Shown here in pieces: positions 1-13,500 of a DNA stretch of 64,000 bases. A program made the translations under genes and the position numbers. Source of the stretch: Eledone cirrhosa (Eukaryota). Location of the stretch: positions 396,676,001 to 396,740,000 of the forward strand of contig OZ024741.1 in assembly GCA_964016885.1 (NCBI GenBank), written 5' to 3'. The notes under the pieces are model-generated. The model did no database searches. It was given only the letters and a program-made list of their open reading frames with translations, and was not told where the DNA came from. The stretch's first letter is position 1; every line of letters begins with the position of its first letter.

Positions 1-346
1 AAATCCAACTTTGTTATGGTCTAAGGCTCGCATTAGGTGAAAAACTTCATTTTTTTTTCAGCTTTTTAGGGCCATTTTGAGGCGTTACGTCTAGCCGATT
101 TCCCGAAACAACGCATATTATGCACATAAAAAAAATTCATTTTCTTGATCCCTTAGGGCCCGCATTAGGTGAAAACCTGCCTTCTACCTCCTTCACCAAG
201 GAAAATCTTAGATTATCCCGCCATCAGAGTATTCGGTTTATTTTCTTTACATATTGTGCAGGCATGCAGTTTTTCCACGATTAGGTCTGTTGGCGGCCCA
301 CGTTCCAAAATACCTTGTCCCGTGCAACACCGGGTACCACTGCTAG
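1..346 (+). mobile_element. 3' end of a probable non-autonomous Helitron
   Basis: Ends CCCGTGCAACACCGGG (319-334, GC hairpin), then 8 nt, then CTAG (343-346) followed by T of a (TA)n tract: the canonical Helitron 3' terminus. Internal repeat CGCATTAGGTGAAAA near 29 and 161. 5' end not visible. Confidence 0.6.
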
Positions 347-632
347 TATATATATATATATTTAATTAGAAATTGAACAACACAAAATATAACTAATCCA
401 TTACCAAAGGTTTCTGGATCACAGACGATATGTATCATCATCATTGTTTAATGTCCGTCCGTGTGTGTGTGTATATCTTCATTAGTCAGTCAAAGTAGCT
501 GGTGAATGAATGGAGCTTACTTCATTTTTTCTAGGCATATGCCTATCTTCACTCAAGTAACTTGAAATATTTTATAGTTCACATGACCAACAGAGTGAGA
601 AGATCAAAGACATACTTTCTTTCTAGTACACA

Positions 633-1216
633 GAATTGTTTCTACTTTTGGCACAAGGCCAGCAATTACCCAGTGCATTACTGGTACTTTATTTTATCGA
701 CCCTGTAAGGATGAAAGGCAAAGTTAACCTTATGACAGGAGACTAGGTTGTATATACAATCTTTATTTAACAAAGTTGAGTTATGTAGAGCAGAATAGTT
801 GACATGCCAAGAGAGATGAAAGGATGAATTAAAGTTAGTTGTTTACCGTTTTGAAGTCAGCGCGCAAGAGACCAAGAGGTCTTTACATTACCATGTTCAG
901 GTTGCCAGAGAGTATACCCTCGACGGAACGCGCCTGGCCGAAGGGCCAGGCAGGTTAACAGAGAGGGAGATAGCTTTCAGCTCTCTCCTTTATAGTTCCC
1001 TGGTGACGGAAGTCACAAAGAAGGTTCTGCAACCTCAACGGGAAGTAACTCCAGCTACTTCCTGTCTAGAGAGCGCTACTGGTGATGTGATCGTCATAAC
1101 AAGGGAGACAACTCTTGCTACAACCTCGACAGGATTTGAACTCAGACCGTAAAGGGACGTAACTATGCTGGAAAGCATGGCGTCCGACCCTCTACCGATA
1201 CTGCCAATTCACCGCC
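633..1216 (-). mobile_element. tRNA-derived SINE, split by a nested insertion
   Basis: 633-730 joined to 1127-1216 is the reverse complement of the SINE copy at 38500-38677. Flanked by a 14-bp target-site duplication CTTTCTAGTACACA (619-632 and 1217-1230). Confidence 0.9.
731..1122 (-). mobile_element. Probable solo LTR (392 bp) nested in the SINE
   Basis: ACCT duplicated at 727-730 and 1123-1126. On the minus strand it starts TGTAG and ends GTCATA (near TG...CA), with TATAAA at 994-989 and AATAAA at 767-762 in LTR order. Confidence 0.7.
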
Positions 1217-1595
1217 CTTTCTAGTACACATAATGGCCAAATAGTCTAGCTGTCTTATCAAGTGTGTGTATGTTGATGTTCTCTCTCACTGCCCCATCTC
1301 TTTCACTCTCCCCATCTCTCAAATGGGAGCTCACTCACGGACAGAATAGAGAAGGTATTTCCCTGGATGATGGTGAAGGAGTTGCATTGGAAGAGCCATT
1401 CCTGCTCAGGAGGCTCACACATGTGGATCGCCAACTCCCCGGCATAAGTAGAGAGGTGATCCTAGAGCCAAGGATAGGAGTAGTCTCTATTGCTATGGTC
1501 TCGTCCACAAACTTGTCGGAGAGCGACCGATATTTGGAGGGTTAACCCTCCAAGAGAAGGAAACTTCCACAAAATCACCTGACATCAACTTCCCG

Positions 1596-4500
1596 TTGTC
1601 ACTTCCACTCTCCTATCACAACCTATTACAGTACTTACAGTTACCTCCCCTGTCACTTCTACTCTCCTATCACAACCTATTACAGTACATTACAGTTACC
1701 TCCCCTTTCACTTCTACTCTCCTATCACAACCTATTACAGTACATTACAGTTACCACCGCTGTCACTTCTACTTTTCGGTCACAACCTATTACATTATAT
1801 TACAGTTACTTCCCCTGTCACAGCCTATTACATTACAGTTACTTCCACTGAACTTCTACTCTCCTCTCACAACCTATTACATTACAGTTACTTCCCCTGC
1901 CACTTCTACTCTCCTCTCACAACATTACATTACAGTTACTTCCCCTGTCACTTCTACTCTCCTGTCACAACCTATTACATTACAGTTACTTCCCCTGTCA
2001 CAACCTATTACATTACAGTTACTTCCCCTGTCACTTCTACTCTCCTCTCACAACCTATTACTTTACAGTTACTTCCCCTGTCACTTCTACTCTCCTGTCA
2101 CAACCTATTACTTTACAGTTACTTACCCTGTCACTTCTACTCTCCTCTCACAACCTATTACATTACAGTTACTTACCCTGTCACAACCTATTACATTACA
2201 GTTACTTCCCCTGTCACAACCTATTACATTACAGTTACTTACCCTGTCACTTCTACTCTCCTCTCACAACCTATTACTTTACAGTTACTTACCCTGTCAC
2301 TTCTACTCTCCTCTCACAATCTATTACATTACAGTTACTTACCCTGTCACAACCTATTGCATTACAGTTACTTCCCCTGTCAATTCTACTCTCCTCTCAC
2401 AACCTATTACTTTACAGTTACTTACCCTGTCACAACCTATTACATTACAGTTACTTCCCCTGTCACTTCTACTCTCCTCTCACAACCTATTACTTTACAG
2501 TTACTTCCCCTGTCACTTCTACTCTCCTCTCACAACCTATTACTTTACAGTTACTTCCCCAGTCACTTCTACTCTCCTCTCACAACCTATTACTTTACAG
2601 TTACTTCCCCTGTCAATTCTACTCTCCTCTCACAACCTAATACATTACAGTTACTTCCCCTGTCACAACCTATTACTTTAGAGTTACTTCCCCTGTCACT
2701 TCTACTCTCCTCTCACAACCTATTACATTACAGTTACTACCCCTGTCAATTCTACTCTCCTCTCAAAACCTATTACTTTACAGTTACTTCCCCTGTCACT
2801 TCTACTCTCCTCTCACAACCTATTACTTTACAGTTACTTCCCCTGTCACTGCTACTCTCCTCTCACAACCTATTATATTACAGTTACTTCCCCTGTCAAT
2901 TCTACTCTCCTCTCACAACCTATTACTTTACAGTTACTTCCCCTGTCACTTCTACTCTCCTCTCACAACATATTACATTACAGTTACTTCCCCTGTCACT
3001 TCTACTCTCCTGTCACAACCTATTACTTTACAGTTACTTACCCTGTCACTTCTACTCTCCTCTCACAACCTATTACATTACAGTTACTTACCCTGTCACA
3101 ACCTATTACATTACAGTTACTTCCCCTGTCACAACCTATTACATTACAGTTACTTACCCTGTCACTTCTACTCTCCTCTCACAACCTATTACTTTACAGT
3201 TACTTACCCTGTCACTTCTACTCTCCTCTCACAATCTATTACATTACAGTTACTTACCCTGTCACAACCTATTGCATTACAGTTACTTCCCCTGTCAATT
3301 CTACTCTCTTCTCACAACATATTACTTTACAGTTACTTACTCTGTCACAACCTATTACATTACAGGTACTTCCCCTGCCACTTCTACTCTCCTCTCACAA
3401 CATTACATTACAGTTACTTCCCCTGTCACTTCTACTCTCCTGTCACAACCTATTACATTACAGTTACTTCCCCTGTCACAACCTATTACATTACAGTTAC
3501 TTCCCCTGTCACAACCTATTACATTACAGTTACTTCCCCTGTCACTTCTACTCTCCTCTCACAACCTATTACTTTACAGTTACTTCCCCTGTCACTTCTA
3601 CTCTCCTGTCACAACCGATTACTTTACAGTTACTTACCCTGTCACTTCTACTCTCCTCTCACAACCTATTACATTACAGTTACTTAACCTGTCACAACCT
3701 ATTACATTACAGTTACTTCCCCTGTCACAACCTATTACATTACAGTTACTTACCCTGTCACTTCTACTCTCCTCTCACAACCTATTACTTTACAGTTACT
3801 TACCCTGTCACTTCTACTCTCCTCTCACAATCTATTACATTACAGTTACTTACCCTGTCACAACCTATTGCATTACAGTTACTTCCCCTGTCAATTCTAC
3901 TCTCCTCTCACAACCTATTACTTTACAGTTACTTACCCTGTCACAACCTATTACATTACAGTTACTTCCCCTGTCACTTCTACTCTCCTCTCACAACCTA
4001 TTACTTTACAGTTACTTCCCCTGTCACTTCTACTCTCCTCTCACAACCTATTACTTTACAGTTACTTCCCCTGTCAATTCTACTCTCCTCTCACAACCTA
4101 ATACATTACAGTTACTTCCCCTGTCACAACCTATTACTTTAGAGTTACTTCCCCTGTCACTTCTACTCTCCTCTCACAACCTATTACATTACAGTTACTA
4201 CCCCTGTCAATTCTACTCTCCTCTCAAAACCTATTACTTTACAGTTACTTCCCCTGTCACTTCTACTCTCCTCTCACAACCTATTACTTTACAGTTACTT
4301 CCCCTGTCACTGCTACTCTCCTCTCACAACCTATTATATTACAGTTACTTCCCCTGTCAATTCTACTCTCCTCTCACAACTTATTACTTTACAGTTACTT
4401 CCCCTGTCACTTCTACTCTCCTCTCACAACATATTACATTACAGTTACTTCCCCTGTCACTTATACTCTCCTCTCACAACCTATTACATTACAGTTACTT

Positions 4501-7500
4501 ACCCTGTCACTTCTACTCTCCTCTCACAACCTATTACTTTACAGTTACTTCCCCTGTCACTTCTACTCTCCTCTCACAACCTATTACATTACAGTTACTT
4601 ACCCTGTCACAACCTATTACATTACAGTTACTTCCCCTGTCAATTCTACTCTCCTGTCACAACCTATTACTTTACAGTTACTTACCCTGTCACAACCTAT
4701 TACATTACAGTTACTTCCCCTGTCACTTCTACTCTCCTATCACAACCTATTACTTTACAGTTACTTCCCCTGTCACTTCTACTCTCCTCTCACTACCTAT
4801 TACATTACAGTTACTTCCCCTGTCACTTCTACTCTCCTCTCACAACCTATTACTATACAGTTACTTCCCCTGTCACTTCTACTCTCCTCTCACAACCTAT
4901 TACATTACAGTTACTTCCCCTGTCACTTCTACTCTCCTCTCACAAGCTATTACTTTACAGTTACTTCCCCTGTCACTTCTACTCTCCTATCACAACCTAT
5001 TACTTTACAGTTACTTCCCCTGTCACTTCTACTCTACTCTCACAACCTATTACATTACAGTTACTTCCCCTGTCACTTCTACTCTCCTCTCACAACCTAT
5101 TACATTACAGTTACTTCCCTGTCACTTCTACTCTCCTCTCACAACCTATTACATTACAGTTACTTCCCCTGTCACTTCTACTCTTCTCTCACAACCTATT
5201 ACTTTACAGTTACTTCCCCTGTCACTTCTACTCTCCTCTCACAACCTATTACATTACAGTTACTTCCCCTGTCACTTCTACTCTCCTCTCACAACCTATT
5301 ACATTACAGTTACTTCCCCTGTCACAACCTATTACATTACAGTTACTTCCCCTGTCACTTCTACCCTCCTCTCACAACCTATTACTTTACAGTTACTTAC
5401 CCTGTCACAGCCTATTACATTACAGTTACTTCCCCTGTCACTTCTACTCTCCTCTCACAACCTATTACTTTACAGTTACTTACCCTGTCACAACCTATTA
5501 CATTACAGTTACTTCCCCTGTCACTTCTACTCTCCTCTCACAACCTACTACTTTACAGTTACTTACCCTGTCACAGCCTATTACATTACAGTTACTTCCC
5601 CTGTCACTTCTACTCTCCTCTCACAACATTACATTACAGTTACTTCCCCTGTCACTTCTACTCTCCTCTCACAACCTATTACAATACAGTTACTTACCCT
5701 GTCACAACCTATTACATTACAGTTACTTCCCCTGTCACATCTACTCTCCTCTCACAACCTATTACATTACAGTTACTTCCCCTGTCACTTCTACTCTCCT
5801 GTCACAACCTATTACTTTACAGTTACTTCCCCTGTCACTTCTACTCTCCTCTCACAACCTATTACTTTACAGTTACTTCCCCTGTCACTTCTACTCTCCT
5901 CTCACAACCTATTACATTACAGTTACTTCCCCTGTCACTTCTACTCTCCTCTCACAACCTATTACTTTACAGTTAGTTCCCCTGTCACTTCTACTCTCCT
6001 CTCACAACCTATTACTTTACAGTTACTTACCCTGTCACAGCCTATTACATTACAGTTACTTCCCCTGTCACTTCTACTCTCCTCTCACAACCTATTACTT
6101 TACAGTTACTTACCCTGTCACAACCTATTACATTACAGTTACTTCCCCTGTCACTTCTATTCTCCTCTCACAACCTATTACTTTACAGTTACTTACCCTG
6201 TCACAGCCTATTACATTACAGTTACTTCCCCTGTCACTTCTACTCTCCTCTCACAACATTACATTACAGTTACTTCCCCTGTCACTTCTACTCTCCTCTC
6301 ACAACCTATTACAATACAGTTACTTACCCTGTCACAACCTATTACATTACAATTACTTCCCCTGTCACTTCTACTCTCCTCTCACAACCTATTACATTAC
6401 AGTTACTTCCCCTGTCACTTCTACTCTCCTGTCACAACCTATTACTTTACAGTTACTTCCCCTGTCACTTCTACTCTCCTCTCACAACCTATTACTTTAC
6501 AGTTACTTCCCCTGTCACTTCTACTCTCCTCTCACAACCTATTACATTACAGTTACTTCCCCTGTCACTTCTACTCTCCTCTCACAACCTATTACTTTAC
6601 AGTTACTTACCCTGTCACAACCTATTACTTTACAGTTACTTCCCCTGTCACTTCTACTCTCCTTTCACAACCTATTACTTTACAGTTACTTACCCTGTCA
6701 CAACCTATTACTTTACAATTACTTCCCCTGTCACTTCTACTCTCCTCTCACAACCTATTACATTACAGTTACTTCCCCTGTCACTTCTACTCTCCTCTCA
6801 CAACCTATTACATTACAGTTACTTCCCCTGTCACAACCTATTACATTACAGTTACTTCCCCTGTCACTTCTACCCTCCTCTCACAACCTATTACTTTACA
6901 GTTACTTACCCTGTCACAGCCTATTACATTACAGTTACTTCCCCTGTCACTTCTACTCTCCTCTCACAACCTATTACTTTACAGTTACTTACCCTGTCAC
7001 AACCTATTACATTACAGTTACTTCCCCTGTCACTTCTACTCTCCTCTCACAACCTACTACTTTACAGTTACTTACCCTGTCACAGCCTATTACATTACAG
7101 TTACTTCCCCTGTCACTTCTACTCTCCTCTCACAACATTACATTACAGTTACTTCCCCTGTCACTTCTACTCTCCTCTCACAACCTATTACAATACAGTT
7201 ACTTACCCTGTCACAACCTATTACATTACAGTTACTTCCCCTGTCACATCTACTCTCCTCTCACAACCTATTACATTACAGTTACTTCCCCTGTCACTTC
7301 TACTCTCCTGTCACAACCTATTACTTTACAGTTACTTCCCCTGTCACTTCTACTCTCCTCTCACAACCTATTACTTTACAGTTACTTCCCCTGTCACTTC
7401 TACTCTCCTCTCACAACCTATTACATTACAGTTACTTCCCCTGTCACTTCTACTCTCCTCTCACAACCTATTACTTTACAGTTACTTCCCCTGTCACTTC

Positions 7501-10500
7501 TACTCTCCTCTCACAACCTATTACTTTACAGTTACTTACCCTGTCACAGCCTATTACATTACAGTTACTTCCCCTGTCACTTCTACTCTCCTCTCACAAC
7601 CTATTACTTTACAGTTACTTACCCTGTCACAACCTATTACATTACAGTTACTTCCCCTGTCACTTCTATTCTCCTCTCACAACCTATTACTTTACAGTTA
7701 CTTACCCTGTCACAGCCTATTACATTACAGTTACTTCCCCTGTCACTTCTACTCTCCTCTCACAACATTACATTACAGTTACTTCCCCTGTCACTTCTAC
7801 TCTCCTCTCACAACCTATTACAATACAGTTACTTACCCTGTCACAACCTATTACATTACAATTACTTCCCCTGTCACTTCTACTCTCCTCTCACAACCTA
7901 TTACATTACAGTTACTTCCCCTGTCACTTCTACTCTCCTCTCACAACCTATTACTTTACAGTTACTTCCCCTGTCACTTCTACTCTCCTCTCACAACCTA
8001 TTACATTACAGTTACTTCCCCTGTCACTTCTACTCTCCTCTCACAACCTATTACTTTACAGTTACTTACCCTGTCACAACCTATTACTTTACAGTTACTT
8101 CCCCTGTCACTTCTACTCTCCTTTCACAACCTATTACTTTACAGTTACTTACCCTGTCACAACCTATTACTTTACAATTACTTCCCCTGTCACTTCTACT
8201 CTCCTCTCACAACCTATTACTTTACAGTTACTTACCCTGTCACAACCTATTACTTTACAGTTACTTACCCTGTCACTTCTACTCTCCTCTCACAACCTAT
8301 TACATTACAGTTACTTCCCCTGTCACTTCTACTCTCCTCTCACAACCTATTACTTTACAGTTACTTACCCTGTCACAACCTATTACTTTACAGTTACTTA
8401 CCCTGTCACAACCTATTACTTTACAGTTACTTACCCTGTCACTTCTACTCTCCTCTCACAACCTATTACATTACAGTTACTTCCCCTGTCACTTCTACTC
8501 TCCTCTCACAACCTATTACTTTACAGTTACTTACCCTGTCACAACCTATAACTTTACAGTTACTTCCCCTGTCACTTCTACTCTCCTCTCACAACCTATT
8601 ACTTTACAGTTACTTACCCTGTCACAACCTATTACTTTACAGTTACTTCCCCTGTCACTTCTACTCTCCTCTCACAACCTATTACTTTACAGTTACTTCC
8701 CCTGTCACTTCTACTCTCCTCTCACAACCTATTACTTTACAGTTACTTCCCCAGTCACTTCTACTCTCCTCTCACAACCTATTACTTTACAGTTACTTCC
8801 CCTGTCAATTCTACTCTCCTCTCACAACCTAATACATTACAGTTACTTCCCCTGTCACAACCTATTACTTTAGAGTTACTTCCCCTGTCACTTCTACTCT
8901 CCTCTCACAACCTATTACATTACAGTTACTACCCCTGTCAATTCTACTCTCCTCTCAAAACCTATTACTTTACAGTTACTTCCCCTGTCACTTCTACTCT
9001 CCTCTCACAACCTATTACTTTACAGTTACTTCCCCTGTCACTGCTACTCTCCTCTCACAACCTATTATATTACAGTTACTTCCCCTGTCAATTCTACTCT
9101 CCTCTCACAACCTATTACTTTACAGTTACTTCCCCTGTCACTTCTACTCTCCTCTCACAACATATTACATTACAGTTACTTCCCCTGTCACTTATACTCT
9201 CCTCTCACAACCTATTACATTACAGTTACTTACCCTGTCACTTCTACTCTCCTCTCACAACCTATTACTTTACAGTTACTTCCCCTGTCACTTCTACTCT
9301 CCTCTCACAACCTATTACATTACAGTTACTTACCCTGTCACAACCTATTACATTACAGTTACTTCCCCTGTCAATTCTACTCTCCTGTCACAACCTATTA
9401 CTTTACAGTTACTTACCCTGTCACAACCTATTACATTACAGTTACTTCCCCTGTCACTTCTACTCTCCTATCACAACCTATTACTTTACAGTTACTTCCC
9501 CTGTCACTTCTACTCTCCTCTCACTACCTATTACATTACAGTTACTTCCCCTGTCACTTCTACTCTCCTCTCACAACCTATTACTTTACAGTTACTTCCC
9601 CTGTCACTTCTACTCCCCTCTCACAACCTATTACATTACAGTTACTTCCCCTGTCACTTCTACTCTCCTCTCACAAGCTATTACTTTACAGTTACTTCCC
9701 CTGTCACTTCTACTCTCCTATCACAACCTATTACTTTACAATTACTTCCCCTGTCACTTCTACTCTACTCTCACAACCTATTACATTACAGTTACTTCCC
9801 CTGTCACTTCTACTCTCCTCTCACAACCTATTACATTACAGTTACTTCCCTGTCACTTCTACTCTCCTCTCACAACCTATTACATTACAGTTACTTCCCC
9901 TGTCACTTCTACTCTCCTCTCACAACCTATTACTTTACAGTTACTTCCCCTGTCACTTCTACTCTCCTCTCACAACCTATTACATTACAGTTACTTCCCC
10001 TGTCACTTCTACTCTCCTCTCACAACCTATTACATTACAGTTACTTCCCCTGTCACTTCTACCCTCCTCTCACAACCTATTACTTTACAGTTACTTACCC
10101 TGTCACAGCCTATTACATTACAGTTACTTCCCCTGTCACTTCTACTCTCCTCTCACAACCTATTACTTTACAGTTACTTACCCTGTCACAACCTATTACA
10201 TTACAGTTACTTCCCCTGTCACTTCTACTCTCCTCTCACAACCTACTACTTTACAGTTACTTACCCTGTCACAGCCTATTACATTACAGTTACTTCCCCT
10301 GTCACTTCTACTCTCCTCTCACAACATTACATTACAGTTACTTCCCCTGTCACTTCTACTCTCCTCTCACAACCTATTACAATACAGTTACTTACCCTGT
10401 CACAACCTATTACATTACAGTTACTTCCCCTGTCACATCTACTCTCCTCTCACAACCTATTACATTACAGTTACTTCCCCTGTCACTTCTACTCTCCTGT

Positions 10501-13500
10501 CACAACCTATTACTTTACAGTTACTTCCCCTGTCACTTCTACTCTCCTCTCACAACCTATTACTTTACAGTTACTTCCCCTGTCACTTCTACTCTCCTCT
10601 CACAACCTATTACATTACAGTTACTTCCCCTGTCACTTCTACTCTCCTCGCACAACCTATTACTTTACAGTTACTTCCCCTGTCACTTCTACTCTCCTCT
10701 CACAACCTATTACTTTACAGTTACTTACCCTGTCACAGCCTATTACATTACAGTTACTTCCCCTGTCACTTCTACTCTCCTCTCACAACCTATTACTTTA
10801 CAGTTACTTACCCTGTCACAACCTATTACATTACAGTTACTTCCCCTGTCACTTCTATTCTCCTCTCACAACCTATTACTTTACAGTTACTTACCCTGTC
10901 ACAGCCTATTACATTACAGTTACTTCCCCTGTCACTTCTACTCTCCTCTCACAACATTACATTACAGTTACTACCCCTGTCACTTCTACTCTCCTCTCAC
11001 AACCTATTACAATACAGTTACTTACCCTGTCACAACCTATTACATTACAATTACTTCCCCTGTCACTTCTACTCTCCTCTCACAACCTATTACATTACAG
11101 TTACTTCCCCTGTCACTTCTACTCTCCTGTCACAACCTATTACTTTACAGTTACTTCCCCTGTCACTTCTACTCTCCTCTCACAACCTATTACTTTACAG
11201 TTACTTCCCCTGTCACTTCTACTCTCCTCTCACAACCTATTACATTACAGTTACTTCCCCTGTCACTTCTACTCTCCTCTCACAACCTATTACTTTACAG
11301 TTACTTACCCTGTCACAACCTATTACTTTACAGTTACTTCCCCTGTCACTTCTACTCTCCTTTCACAACCTATTACTTTACAGTTACTTACCCTGTCACA
11401 ACCTATTACTTTACAATTACTTCCCCTGTCACTTCTACTCTCCTCTCACAACCTATTACTTTACAGTTACTTACCCTGTCACTTCTACTCTCCTCTCACA
11501 ACCTATTACATTACAGTTACTTCCCCTGTCACTTCTACTCTCCTCTCACAACCTATTACTTTACAGTTACTTACCCTGTCACAACCTATTACTTTACAGT
11601 TACTTACCCTGTCACAACCTATTACTTTACAGTTACTTACCCTGTCACTTCTACTCTCCTCTCACAACCTATTACATTACAGTTACTTCCCCTGTCACTT
11701 CTACTCTCCTCTCACAACCTATTACTTTACAGTTACTTACCCTGTCACAACCTATAACTTTACAGTTACTTCCCCTGTCACTTCTACTCTCCTCTCACAA
11801 CCTATTACTTTACAGTTACTTACCCTGTCACAACCTATTACTTTACAGTTACTTCCCCTGTCAATTCTACTCTCCTCTCACAACCTATTACTTTACAGTT
11901 ACTTACCCTGTCACAACCTATTACTTTACAGTTACTTCCCCTGTCACTTCTACTCTCCTCTCACAACCTATTACTTTACAGTTATTTACCCTGTCACAAC
12001 CTATTACTTTACAGTTACTTACCCTGTCACAACCTATTACTTTACAGTTACTTCCCCTGTCACTTCTACTCTCCTCTCACAACCTATTACATTACAGTTA
12101 CTTCCCCTGTCACTTCTACTCTCCTCTCACAACCTATTACTTTACAGTTACATACCCTGTCACAACCTATTACTTTACAGTTACTTACCCTGTCACAACC
12201 TATTACTTTACAGTTACTTACCCTGTCACTTCTACTCTCCTCTCACAACCTATTACATTACTGTTACTTCCCCTGTCACTTCTACTCTCCTCTCACAACC
12301 TATTACTTTACAGTTACTTACCCTGTCACAACCTATTACTTTACAGTTACTTCCCCTGTCACTTCTACTCTCCTCTCACAAGCTATTACATTACAGTTAC
12401 TTCCCCTGTCACTTCTACTCTCCTCTCACAACCTATTACTTTACAGTTACTTACCCTGTCACAACCTATTACTTTACAGTTACTTCCCCTGTCACTTCTA
12501 CTCTCCTCTCTCAACCTATTACTTTACAGTTACTTACCCTGTCACAACCTATTACTTTACAGTTACTTCCCCTGTCACTTCTACTCTCCTCTCACAAGCT
12601 ATTACATTACAGTTACTTCCCCTGTCACTTCTCCTCTCCTCTCACAACCTATTATTTACAGTTACTTACCCTGTCACAACCTATTACTTTACAGTTACTT
12701 CCCCTGTCACTTCTACTCTCCTCTCACAACCTATTACTTTACAGTTACTTACCCTGTCACAACCTATTACTTTACAGTTACTTCCCCTGTCACTTCTACT
12801 CTCCTCTCACAACCTATTACATTACAGTTACTTCCCCTGTCATTCTACTCTCCTCTCACAAGCTATTACTTTACAGTTACTTCCCCTGTCACTTCTACTC
12901 TCCTATCACAACCTATTACTTTACAGTTACTTCCCCTGTCACTTCTACTCTCCTCTCACAACCTATTACATTACAGTTACTTCCCCTGTCACTTCTACTC
13001 TCCTCTCACAACCTATTACATTACAGTTACTTCCCCTGTCACTTCTACTCTCCTCTCACAACCTATTACATTACAGTTACTTCCCCTGTCACTTCTACTC
13101 TCCTCTCACAACCTATTACATTACAGTTACTTCCCCTGTCACTTCTACTCTCCTCTCACAACCAATTACATTACAGTTACTTCCCCTGTCACAACCTATT
13201 ACATTACAGTTACTTCCCCTGTCACTTCTACCCTCCTCTCACAACCTATTACTTTACAGTTACTTACCCTGTCACAGCCTATTACATTACAGTTACTTCC
13301 CCTGTCACTTCTACTCTCCTCTCACAACCTATTACTTTACAGTTAATTACCCTGTCACAACCTATTACATTACAGTTACTTCCCCTGTCACTTCTACGCT
13401 CCTCTCACAACCTATTACTTTACAGTTACTTACCCTGTCACAGCCTATTACATTACAGTTACTTCCCCTGTCACTTCTACTCTCCTCTCACAACATTACA

